In this document: in pieces, positions 25,542-39,255 of the stretch | How the letters are laid out: each line of letters begins with the position of its first letter | Numbering within the stretch: position 1 is the stretch's first letter | NCBI RefSeq assembly: GCF_006345805.1 | Contig: NC_042997.1 | Location: 152,396,001 to 152,460,000 of the forward strand | Source: Octopus sinensis | Taxonomy: Eukaryota | Direction: 5' to 3' | Length of the DNA stretch: 64,000 nt | The notes under the pieces: generated by a model | Told to the model about the DNA's origin: nothing | Databases searched by the model: none | Seen by the model: the letters and a program-made list of their open reading frames with translations, nothing else | Position numbers and translations under genes: made by a program

Positions 25542-28500
25542 GGTCTGGGGAGCCTGAAGGCTGCACCAGGCCAGTCAGATCTGGCAGTAGAAACACTGCC
25601 AGATCTGACTGGCCTGGTGCAGCCTTCGGGCTCCCCAGACCCCAGTTGAACCGTCCAACCCATGCTAGCATGGAAAGCGGACGTTAAACGATGATGATGA
25701 TAATGATGATACACACCTTGCTGTTATCTTTGCCTCTTTAGTTCAAATCCAATTACAGTTGACATTACATGCATTGTACCATCCTGAGATTCATGAGATG
25801 ATGGAGCCTTGTTCACCATCAGTTTCAACAATGAGCATTCAAATGTTAGATCAATTGGACAATTTACTTGTTAGATTAACATGCAAGTGACTGAGTATTC
25901 CACAGTCATGTGTGGATTTTTTCATACCTAACAGGCAGTCAAAATGACACACCATGTATACAATCCATCTGTCAGACTTCCACTACTTAGTTTCATTAAA
26001 AAAAAACATGCGATGGAACCAAGGCTATGGTAAATGACATTTGCCAAAGATGCTGAAGGATTATCATTGATGCAGGTATGGCTTTGTGGTTAAAAAGCTT
26101 GGTTTGCAAATGCAAGGTTTCTGGTTCAGTCTCACTGTGCAGCACCTTGAGCTAATGTCTTCTACTGTTCTCCTAAGCCAATTTGGTATATGGAAACTGT
26201 GTTGAAGCCTGTTGTATATATATATCTATAGATATGTGTGTGTGTGTATGTGTTTGTGTATGCATGTGTATGTATGTATGTATGTGTATTTGAGTGTGTT
26301 TTTGTTTTTGTGTCTCTCAACACTTGGCAACTGGTATTGTTTTGTTTATGTCCCTGTGACTTAATTGTTTGTGCAAAAGAAACTGACAGAATATGTAGTG
26401 GACTTAAAAAGTAAGCACTGATGTCGATTTGATTGGCTAAATTCTTCAGTGCAATGCCCCAGCATGGACACGGTGCAAAGACTGAAGCATGTAAAGAATT
26501 AAAGAAGCCAAGCAGTGGGATGAAAAGCACAGGACATCATGATTACAAAGTAAATGTCTTAACCATTTGGCCATGCCTACACCGACTGTGAAATAAGGAC
26601 TGGTCAAGTGATTGGTTGATTCAACAAATAAAAAACCTTTCCCCGAATTGTGCCAAAGTTCATCATTATCACCATCACAAGCCTATTATTGTTTTGCTCA
26701 GGTGTGGTTGTTGTTGATCATAATAATGGGAAATGATGATTGATGATGGTAAAAAATAAAACTAAAATTAAAATAAATAAATTTTATTGGTAAAAAATTA
26801 AAATTGTTTACTGTCAGTGATATGCTTAATTTGTATTACTAAACTGCTGCTGTTACTACCACTACAACTATAACTACTACAAATAATTTATAATTTGATA
26901 TTTATGCAACATACATGAAAACATCTGAGGTGAACAAGACAAAACAAAACAAACATTTAAATACAAACAAAATAAAATAAAACATTCAGTCTTAAAACAG
27001 AAAATAATGTTGACCAGACCCAGGAATAAATCAGTCTGTGACAAAAACAATGATGACATTTTTTATTATGAGTTAATTAGAACTATTATATGGTAAGGCA
27101 GAAAGATGTTTTGTTCACAAGTGGTACTCTTATCAAAAGGTTAACTTCCACACAAAAATGGCTTGTCTCTTAGCATCCAAAATATAAACATTATAAAGAA
27201 AGAACCAATAAAAACAACATTGAAATGTTGCAAGCATACTGTATAGCAGCATTATCTAAAACATACTTATATCATTAAATGATCATATGTGATTAGATGA
27301 AAAAAACACCCTGAAAGGAAAAAATATTACAGTGATTACACTAGCAAACGTACAGAGATTTGTAATAGATAAAATTAAGATCCTGAAGATGGATTTAAGT
27401 GCACCTTTTACTAGATTACACATTGAACATAGAACATCTGAGTTCTCATAAAAACATACTTGCTACAAAAGGAAAAAATGGTCACTAAGGAATCTATCAC
27501 ATACAAAATATATGAGACCCTACATAAGAAAGATAAACCAACAGGCACAACCACATAATCAAGAACTCAAGCCAAATTTGAAAATACTACAAAACCTATA
27601 GATGTGGTAAGCGTCTTCTGCTATAGCTTTAGGGAGACCAAAGCATTGTGAGTGGATTTGGTATATGGAAACTGAAAGAAGCCCATTGTCTATATATGTA
27701 TGTATATCCATGTGTTTGTGTATTTGTGTTTGTCCCTTACCACTGCTTGAGAATTGATGTTGGTTTGTTTATGTTTCCCTAACTTAGCGGTTTGGCAAAA
27801 AGGACCGGTAGAATAAGAACCAGGCTTAAGAATTTTTTCGACTAAATCCTTCTAGGTTGTGCCCCAGCATGACCGCAGTCCAATGACTAAAAGCAGTAAA
27901 GGATAAAAGATAACCGGCCACACATGAAACAAAAACAAAAATGTAGGAAAACAAACACAGAAAAAATAAGTTAAGTCAAACTCCCAAAGATTATGAAAAC
28001 CATAAAAGCATTCAACCAAATACAAAAACCACAATATACAAATACCAACAACAAACTAAACACACACACACACACATATATAACATGACATATTGAAGAG
28101 AAATCAATAAAGAAAATAAAAGAATAAAAGAACGTTATTCGATCAATGAACAAGAATCATCTTTGGAAAGACTTTTTCCTCGAGGTACAAATGAATAAAC
28201 GTTTCTATGAAATAATGAATAAGGACGCGCAAGAAACTCTGTTTATAGCAAATTGAATTATCTAATTTATTCAATAGCAATAGCAATATGGAGGGAAACT
28301 GGACTTAATTCTAATAGGGACAGATCTTCAACCAAACCGTACGCCCCCTATACCAAAATAGAAAGAAAAATGGAACAGAAATTGAGACAGAAGAAAAGAT
28401 GTATTCTTACTTAGCAAACGAGAAAAGGCAGGATCCGACATGAAGAAGAAAACAAATAGATCTAAATGCTATAAAAGTACATTATCATTGAAAAAGAAGA

Positions 28501-29552
28501 TATTGAAAGTTGAAGAAATATGTAAAGGAAGTATAGCAAGAAAAACATGCATATAATAAAATGCTCTGAAAAAAAAAAGCAAAAAAAAAAAAACGAAGAG
28601 AGTTTTCCAGTTGAATAAATTATTTCAATCAAATACCGAAATTTTTACTGAGACACAAACAACAAAAAAAGAAAGAAAGAAAAATGAAAAAGACTATAGT
28701 AAGTAGCAATAATTAAAATAAAGGTGTGTATGTATAATTATATTTAACATGTTGTTCATGTGCAGTCAAACACGGAAAGACTTCCACGGTAGAAACTATC
28801 TTAGGAGAGAAATTGTCCATAATAGACGGTGTGTGAGAAAACTTACCTAATTGTGCAATGAATGGCGTTGTCGGAACGTGTTAAATGTCACTGTACAGTT
28901 TTATTTTAATCATCGCTCCTTACTGTGCCTCTAATTAATTAATCAATGAATTGATTAATTAATTCCAGCTTGACTAAGCTTTACTCACAGTAGCAAATTT
29001 ATTATATACTGTTCTTAGTGGGCTATGACGAGAGATTTGTGCAGTACAATAAGTCCTGTAGTCTGATAACGTCATTCATAACCCAGGCAGTTTTTGCAGC
29101 GAAAGGTTTTCCACGTTTGAGTGTACATGAAGTGCGCGAACGTGTGAATTAAGATGTGTTAAATATAACTGTACATAGTTTTAAAAAGACTTTTACATTG
29201 GAAGATACACCAGTATCAACAAAAATTCTGGTATACTGGAAGAAAATAGGGAGCAAGGACAACACATTAAAAATATACGATGAAGGGAAGAGGAAAATAT
29301 AATATGATTCACTTTAACTGACAAGGTACCTACCAACACAATGAGAACTGCAAGTGGTTGGTAAGCACTAAGGAATGACATGGTCCCCCATTTCTGATTC
29401 AAGCAGCTCACCAAGACTTGTAACTATATGGTAGCAGCATTCATTTAAATTATAAACAAAATACTATCAACATCTGATCAACTGCTGGAGGGAAAATCTA
29501 TATTAATTAGCTAAAAACAAAAATCCCAGAGCTACAAAGTTATGATTTATAA

Positions 29553-29803
29553 CAATGGTTCTCAACCGCGGTCCGTATGACCCTTGGGGCTCCATATAAG
29601 ATTTTTATAAATTTATGCGCAATAAATTGGTTATACGTCTACAATACACAAAATATTTTAGCAATTTTGTTAATACAATTCATAAAAGCGTTTACTTGTA
29701 AAAATATGATAGGATTTTTTAAGCATCGAATACTTATGAGAGTCCAACTGAATAAAACATGAATCAAAGGGGTCCACAGGTAAAAAATGATTGAGAGCCG
29801 CTG
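29553..29803. mobile_element. hAT (Charlie-like) MITE
   Basis: Ends CAATGGTTCTCAA...TTGAGAGCCGCTG; 8-bp TSD ATTTATAA / ATTTATAG. Confidence 0.85.
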
Positions 29804-29970
29804 ATTTATAGCATGGTTATTAATAATATAAAAAGCTCTTACATCCTTACTGTACAATTGCTTGATTCCACATATGGAGAGTAATATACAATATGTTACC
29901 AGAGGACCAGAAGGGTTCCTGGAAAGGATTACACGATTGCAAATAAATAGTGGAGAACTGAACAATTATA

Positions 29971-30645
29971 CGACGATGATTTGTATGTTCATTCTCTATT
30001 GAGTTCCAGAAGATTCAACCGTGAATATGCTAATCCTGTTGTGTTTTGTCGTTGCTGAACAACTTCTTTTAGGCAAACGTGTATTGAAAACACACTCGAT
30101 TCATTAGCGTAAGGAGGCTTTGTAACACACGGTGTAAACCTTTGACTGACCGGACACAACGATGTCGAAACAGCAGGTGTCCCAAAGTTATCTTACGCTA
30201 ATGAATCGAGAGTATTATGAACACACATTCGTCTGAAAAGAGTTGTTCTATGACAAAACGTAGCAGCAATTAACATATTCATGTTTGAAATCTGCTGGAA
30301 AGTATAAAGAATGAATATGGAAATTTTCGTTTTGATTTTCGCAGTTCATTGTGGAAACGACGATTTTTTTTATCGGTTGACTGATATCAGCATGCATCAG
30401 TAAATAATTTGCGGAATTATAAACATGAACTACAAACACTTGTTTGATTCATTAGTCCGTGCATCTTACACTAATGAGCTGAATGTTATGAACACACATT
30501 CGTCTGAAAGGGGAATATTTCCTCCAATGACGAAATACAACAGCAATTAGTACGTTCACTTTCGAATCTGCGAGAACATATTAAGAACGAATCGTCGAAT
30601 CATCGTTTTGTCTCTTGTTCTTCATCGTACACATGACGATTTATT
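29971..30645. mobile_element. 675-bp insertion with a 10-bp TSD, two diverged internal units and a hammerhead-like fold
   Basis: AACAATTATA at 29961-29970 and 30646-30655. Removing the insert rejoins the R4-like RT motifs. Internal homology between about 30090-30365 and 30435-30642. Confidence 0.7.
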
Positions 30646-31178
30646 AACAATTATAAAAGACGGTAAAAAACAAATATGAAAACACACCTTAAAAAGACTT
30701 GAATTGACTATGGAAAGCTATTTGAAAACATTTGACACTTTGATACTGAAAAATAAACTCTATATTGATAAAGCAATACCATGCCATAAAATGAAAAACA
30801 ACGATATTATTACAAAACAAGGTGTAAATAATTAAAACTAACCTTGTACCCACCAGAGGAGAAATCTTCCAAGGGGATTAGTTATTCCCTCCCACTCTTT
30901 TGCTTAACTCTCCTTTAACAAACCTGTTTATTAAACCAGCACTGGGTAGATATGCTTTGGGAAAATTATAAACCATCACGTCTACATAGATGACATGAAA
31001 TTATTTATAGGTTATGGTATCAGATGCAAATGGCTCCAAAAACTTTTCATAGATTCAACCAAGACAGGAAAATAAGCATAGAATTAGACATGCATCAAAG
31101 CTATTATAAGAAGTGGAGAACGACCTTAGAACTGACGATATTAAGCACCAAAGTCAGAGAATACAATATGTATATATA

Positions 31179-32550
<1,372 letters not shown>

Positions 32551-32919
32551 TGATGATGATGATGATGATGATGATGAAGCAAAGACTGGAAATTTAATCT
32601 GCTGAAATATAAAATCTATATAAAAATGAAACTACTGAAAAAGGTTATGTAAAACAAAAATAAAATCAAAATAGAGGGGAAAGCTATTCCATGGCCTTTA
32701 TCGCACGAACCTCAACAGAGAGGAAGTAAACCGAAGTGAAAGCCAACAATGGCTGAAAAGTTCTAAGCTAAAAGCAGGAACACGTTTGATTCAAGCTGTA
32801 CTTGGTTAATACCTAGCCCAAAACATCTACAAAACCAGAATAGTAACGGAAGGGGAAAGCATCAAACAAAGACAATGAGCTGCCCACAGAAAAGCAAAAT
32901 GGATATAGTTTACTAAGAT

Positions 32920-33512
32920 AGGTGAAAGAGCTGGCAGAAACGTTAGCACGCCGGCCGAAATGCTTAGCGGTATTTCGTCTGTCGTTATGTTGTGAGTTCA
33001 AATTCCGCCGAGGTCGACTTTGCCTTTCATCCTTTCGGGGTCGATTTAATAAGTACCAGTTACGCATTGGGTTCGATATAATCGACTTAATCCGTTTGTC
33101 TGTCCTTGTTTGTTCTCTCTGTGTTTAGCCCCTTGTGGGTAATAAAGAAATAGGTATTTCGTCTGTCGTTACGTCCTAGGTTCAAATTCCGCCGAGGTCG
33201 ACTTTGCTTTTCCTCCTTTCGGGGTCGATAAAATAAGTACCAGTTACGCACTGGGGTCGATATAATCGACTTAATCCGTTTGTCTGTCCTTGTTTGTCCT
33301 CTCTGTGTTTAGCTCCTTGTGGGTAGTAAAGAAAGAGGTATTGTGTCTGCCGTTACGTTCTGAGTTCAAATTCCGCCGAGGTCGACTTTGCTTTTCATCC
33401 TTTCGGGGTCGATAAATTACGCACTGGGGTCGATGTAATCGACTTAATCCCTTTATCTGTCCTTGTTTGTCCCTTCTATGTTTAGCCCCTTGTGGGCAAT
33501 AAAGAAATAAGA
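32920..33512 (+). mobile_element. Tandem trimer of family B SINE
   Basis: Three consecutive cores GGTATTTCGTCTG.CGTTAC...GGTCGACTTTG...CCCCTTGTGGG..ATAAAGAAA; only the first unit has the 5' head. Confidence 0.88.
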
Positions 33513-34854
33513 TAGGTGAAAGAGAAAGGAAACTATTATAAAGTGATGTAGATCAGATCTAAAAATAGGTAAGTGGGAGATTGACAGCGTAGAAGGTAGA
33601 GAAGAAACGAGCAACCTGTGAGACAGGTAATCAAGCAAGGTAACAGTGAAGTATAGACAGAAATAGAAGCATGACACAGAAAACATAACGCAAGTAAGAG
33701 TGGGGAGATGAAAGGAATAGAAACATAAATTGATGACCGAGAGACGGAATTATGTAATGTGATAATCGACACATAAAGAGTGGAAGAATGTTTGAGATAA
33801 AGAGGGAGGGAGAAAAACATTGATGCGTAATATCGAAGTGTGGGGTTGAGAAATGAAGAGGCGGAGGCAGCTGATTTTGAAGAAGAGATAAAAAGCCATG
33901 CCAATGTATATGAGGCCAGAAACGAAGAGAAGGGATGATGAGTGGATCAATGAAAATAGTGAAGGAGAGTGAGTGATGATAAAAAAAAGAAAGAAAAAAG
34001 AATATGAATGACTGAAAGAAGAGAAAAAAATGCAAAACTTCAGAAAAATAAATAATCGGTACTCACAGAAACACTGACGACAACCTGAAGGTATGATAGT
34101 TTGTGACAGACTGAGACCAGAAGCGAATCTGCTCCACACTACAAATGCATCCGCATACACATGTGCATACGCTTGTTTTCTGCTTTCTATCTACTCTCTG
34201 TTCTGAGAGGTCAAATGGAAACTAAAGCAGGGAGCTATTAAGCGGACATTCGGCATTTATAATTAACAGAAAACGTCCTTTAAGATCACAACCTGCCATT
34301 CTAAAGAACAAAGAACTCATTGGATAATTTATTTCTGAATATACCAAACATAGTAATGAGTCCGGCTGGAATGTTCTTTGACCTTAGGTATACTTGATCA
34401 GCACTGTTCTGCAGTTAAACAACGTCATCAACAACATCGCTGCCTACTTTCTGTATCTTTTCAAGACAATCTTTGTTAATATTAAACAGATTTCACTTTA
34501 TCAAACTGTAATTGCTTTCACGTTATTAAAAAAAATCTGTTCAATATCTAATGTGCTGTTGTTGTTGTTGCTGACTTGTCTTTTTTTTATGCTGTTGTTG
34601 GATTATTTTTCATCGAAATCGTCTACAACACAGAAAATGATAATTAAAAAAAACTCGAAAAGAATAATTAAACAGCAAAAACTAACTCTATAGAAATACA
34701 AATTTCCTAATTCAACAACATCCTCGATGAAAAAATCATGCAGACCGCCAAAGTGAAAATAGCTATAGTTTGAGAAAATGAAAATGATCCACTATTAAAA
34801 ATAGACCAGCTTGCAAATCATAATTCTCCAATACTTTTCGTATACACCACTTCC

Positions 34855-34939
<85 letters not shown>

Positions 34940-35020
34940 TACATATATATATATTGATAAAAATGGCAAGACAACAAAAGAATGAAAGAGACTTCGATAT
35001 TATGTAAATAGAGGAATTTA

Positions 35021-35238
35021 TCTGTAAATGTAGTATGTGACAATTATTCGGTAGCCATGATAAAACTCCGAGTTTCGGATTCCGGACTGGAAATCCATGC
35101 CGCATCCTTCAGTTATCTGGCCAATTTTTCCGATGGCCGGATAACTGAAGAGATAGCGGCGTGGATTTCCACCCCGCCATCCGAAACTCGGAGTTTTATC
35201 ATGGCTACCGAATAATTGTCACATACTACATTTACAGA
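35021..35238. mobile_element. Palindromic MITE-like element flanked by TA
   Basis: 35019-35080 is the exact reverse complement of 35179-35240; the interior is also largely self-complementary. Confidence 0.85.
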
Positions 35239-35248
35239 TATATATATA

Positions 35249-35280
<32 letters not shown>

Positions 35281-35289
35281 GATATATAT

Positions 35290-36840
35290 ATATGAATTCT
35301 CCTGCTCTGTCTGTAACGCTTCCGTTAACTTAGAAATTTCCCTTACCATCACTCACTCCTCTCTTATCACCTCCATCCATTACAAACCCACACACTCCTG
35401 CTCCTACTTCAACGTCTTATCCTCCCACGCCACCCACACCAAACTGTCCATCCCCTACTTTCAGTTGTTCTTCCGCATCGGTTGGCTCTGTAGTGATGAA
35501 CATGAGACACACTTCCAACTCACAGCTCGCTTCTTCACCCGACGGGTATACACCCTTGCTGTTATCCAAACCACTCTTGCCTGCGCCCGGTCTGTTGCTT
35601 GTTCATCCGCCCTCTCTCCCGCGCCCGCTCTCTACATATGCTTCCCTTCCCCTGCATATTATCCCTACCCCTCCAATGTACTATTTTGACGCGCTCCCAC
35701 CAACTCCTATCTATCCCCACTTCCCACATCGTCGCCAACCTACCCATCTCCAAACGAGCCTTCAACTTAAGTGACTAGTAGCTTTCGCCTCCCCTTTGGT
35801 ACTCAACCTAGCTCCTTCCCTTGCTCTCGTATACACTGTCTCTTCCTCTCCAACACCACCGCCCTCACCGGTACCGACAACCGCCCCTACCATATCATCG
35901 ATTAGCAACTTGATGTACTGCATCCCCTGCTCGCTTTGCCCCTCCCTGTAGATTGGACAAACCGGAGGGCATCTAGCTGACCATTTAGTCCAGTGGTTCT
36001 AGACCTTTTTTAGGCTGCCACCCCTTGACACCCAGGTTACATTCCTAGCGCCCCTATGCCAACTAAGCATCACAAACATAGACCCCTTTCTGGAGCAAAT
36101 TCAAAGCAACTGCATTTTGAAAATAAAGTTTAACTTAACGAACCCATTATTTTGTTGTTTTTACATGAATTGCCACCCCATTATCGCCCCAATTTTCACA
36201 CGAAACGCTACCCCATCATCGGAAATACTGCCCACTTTGAGAACAACTGATTTAGTTGAACATATTCGGAGCGTCAGATTCGGTAATGACACCCAGGTCT
36301 CGTACCATTTCCGCTTGACATATCATTTTCTGTAACATTTGTCTTCAGACTAGTTTTCACCACAGGCTACCCAGACTCCTGCCTCCGTCTAGAGCAGGAA
36401 TCGATTTTATCTCTCCGTACTTCAGTCCTTCGCATTCTAAATTCTCCGCCCCTTTATTTAAACCTCTCTTCCACACATTTACACAAGCCATATACTTCTT
36501 ACCTTTCTACCGCTCCCTCTATTTCTTCCCCCACACCTTTTAACTTATGCATACCATGTACACCATTTACGTTCAAACAGCATATACATAAACCTATACA
36601 CCCACACGCATGGACGTACGCATGCACACTTCTTCCTACTCCAGATACATTAATATCCGCACTTACATATCTATCTTGCAATGATAGTCTGAAACACGTT
36701 TGTCCTTTTCTCTCTGTTTTTCTCTCGTCATCTATCCTTTCCGCAGAGAAGCGTATGCTCGAAACGTTAAAGATTTCAAATTTTCCTGAGCGTAAACTAA
36801 TTAAACCCAAAGTGTTTGTTCTTTTTAACTCGTCTCCTTG
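35290..36840 (+). mobile_element. Decayed Penelope-like element (3' part), with GIY-YIG remnant and pLTR-like tail
   Basis: NLMYCIPCSLCPSL*IGQTGGHLADHL|VEHIRSV (reading restored by removing the MITE). C-rich strand; degenerate hammerhead-type GCTCGAAACGT motif near 36757. Confidence 0.78.
35991..36249. mobile_element. hAT MITE inserted in the Penelope GIY-YIG region
   Basis: CAGTGGTTCTAG...TTGAGAACAACTG; 8-bp TSD ATTTAGTC / ATTTAGTT. Confidence 0.88.
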
Positions 36841-37222
36841 TTTATTTATTTATTTATTTTTGCTAGACACCACCCACTCCCAATCACACACTTATTGACA
36901 TTTGCCAATCTTCTCTTGATGAGTGGGCCGAATTTGTAATATTTTCATGAGACTCTTGTAATATCTTCATGTGACTGCTTACCACATACCTATGACTTTT
37001 ACACATTTCATCTGTAAATTATGATTATTATGTAATTCTGGGCTTCTTGAAACAGCAGTCGAGGTAAGGTGAGAAATTACATATTTTATTTGGTATTTTT
37101 TCTGGTACTCTATGTAAATATGTTTATATCATATATCATGCCTATGTTTATCTCTATTACTACCTACCTCTCCTCTATCTCCCTCTTTCTTCCCCTTTTT
37201 CTCTCTCCATATATATATATAT

Positions 37223-37322
<100 letters not shown>

Positions 37323-37760
37323 TAGGTTAGTTGCTATACAATAACCCAGATGTTTACTACGGGAAGCATCTCTACGGAGACCGTACGGACCAATTCTCTA
37401 TCTAGCAGACTAAACATACTGGGAGATTTGTCGGTTACTCAACTGATTCTGTATTCAAGGTATCTATGAAGACAAGTGATTTATTTTCCTTATTATTTTT
37501 TATTTCCTTCTCTTTTTGTCTATTTCTTCATAGAATTCAAAGTTTTAACATCACCTATTCGGATCATTGCCAAATGTCTTGTATTTAAGTGAGATAACCA
37601 GCTTTTTCGTTGTATTGATTTGTCAACAGTTCTTATGAGACAATTCTATGAACAGCTACGTACATACATAGAATGCACGAATAGATCATTATTAACGAAC
37701 ATGTTTAAAAATACAATGCGGGAATAGTCACCATGGAATTACTTTTTTTTTCTTTAAACT

Positions 37761-38632
37761 TTTTTACTTGCTTCAGTCATTTGACTGCGGCCATGCTGGA
37801 GCACCGCCTTTAGTCGAGCAAATCGATCCCAGGACTTATTCTTTGTAAGAATAGCACTTATTCCATCGGTCTCTTTTGCCGAACCGCTAAGTTCGGGGAC
37901 ATAAACACACCAGCATCAGTTGTCAACCGATGTTGTGTGTATGTAGGGGCGGGTGGGGGGACAAACACAGACACACAAACACACATACACACACACATAC
38001 ATATATATACATATATACGACGGGCTTCTTTCAGTTTCCGTCAACCAAATCCACTCACAAGGCTTTGGTCAGCCCAAGGCTATAGTAGAAGACACTTGCC
38101 CAAGGTGTCAGGCAGTGGGACTGAACCCGGAACCATGTGGCTGGTAAGCAAGCTACTTACCACACAACCACTCCTACGCCTATATTGTCAACGATGATAT
38201 GAAATATCACAAACTCCAATCTTCATTTGTATTGTGCATACACGCAGGCGTGACTGTGTGATAAGAAGCTTGCTTCTCAACCACATGGTTATGGGTTCAG
38301 TCCCACTGCGTGGCACCTTGGGCAAGTGTCTTCTACAATAGCCTCCGGCTGACCAAAACCTTGTGAGTGGATTTGGTAGACGGAAACTGAAAGAAGCCCG
38401 ACGTATATATGTATGTATGTATGTATTTGTGTGTCTGTGTGTCTCCCCCACCATCGCGTGACAACCGATCTTGGTGCGTTTACGTCCTCGTAACTTAGCA
38501 GTTCGGCAAAAGAAACCAATAGAATCAGTACTAGGCTTACATGAAATAAGTCCTGGGGGTCGATTTGTTCGACTAAAGTCGGTGCTCCAGCATGGCCGAA
38601 GTCAAATGACTGAAACAGGTAAAAGAGTAAAA
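37761..38632. mobile_element. Head-to-head pair of family A SINEs (- 37761-38180; + 38244-38632)
   Basis: Family A motifs on opposite strands, about 65 bp apart. Confidence 0.9.
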
Positions 38633-39077
38633 CAAACAAAAAAATATATAATATATACGGTCTTTCTCAGTTACGTTTTCACACGCTCAGGCTTTTCTTG
38701 CTTCTATTTCAACCACTTCAGTGATATTTTTAGTTTTTCTGTATTTGGCAATTTATTTCCTTTTCCTAGCTTCTATTTTGCGCCAAGTTTTCTTCTTATT
38801 GCTCTACGAAAAAGCTGTTCTCTTTCTCTTATTCTATGTATATCTAAAATAATTTGTCCGTTAAATCTGAGATTGATTAAACAATGGTTCCATTATTTGC
38901 ACACACGCGCGCCCGCATACACACACATGGACATACACATACACATACGCACACACACACACGCACACGTGCGCACACACACACTCATACACACATACTC
39001 ACACTCACACATATACATACATTATTGATTTGCCAAAATGAGTTGGGATAATAAAAAGTTTGAGAATAGGTGATGTG

Positions 39078-39121
<44 letters not shown>

Positions 39122-39128
39122 TATATAT

Positions 39129-39255
<127 letters not shown>

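Larger units (their letters stand above)
29190..31165 (+). mobile_element. Decayed R4/Dong-like non-LTR retrotransposon RT region, interrupted by two insertions
   Basis: Collinear motifs YWKKIG, HF*FKQLT, MLPEDQKGSWKG..DCK, *IDYGKLF, RGEIFQGD*LFP and YIDDMKLF correspond to R4-clade EEQKGC / WIDY.KAFD / IFQGDSLSP / YMDD.KL. Confidence 0.72.

Noticed and set aside
34070-34110. CTGACGA-CAACC-TGAA-GGTATG hammerhead-like start
   Set aside because: No GAAA box or stem III follows.
37055-37075. Isolated GAG|GTAAGG donor
   Set aside because: No acceptor or coding-like exon upstream.
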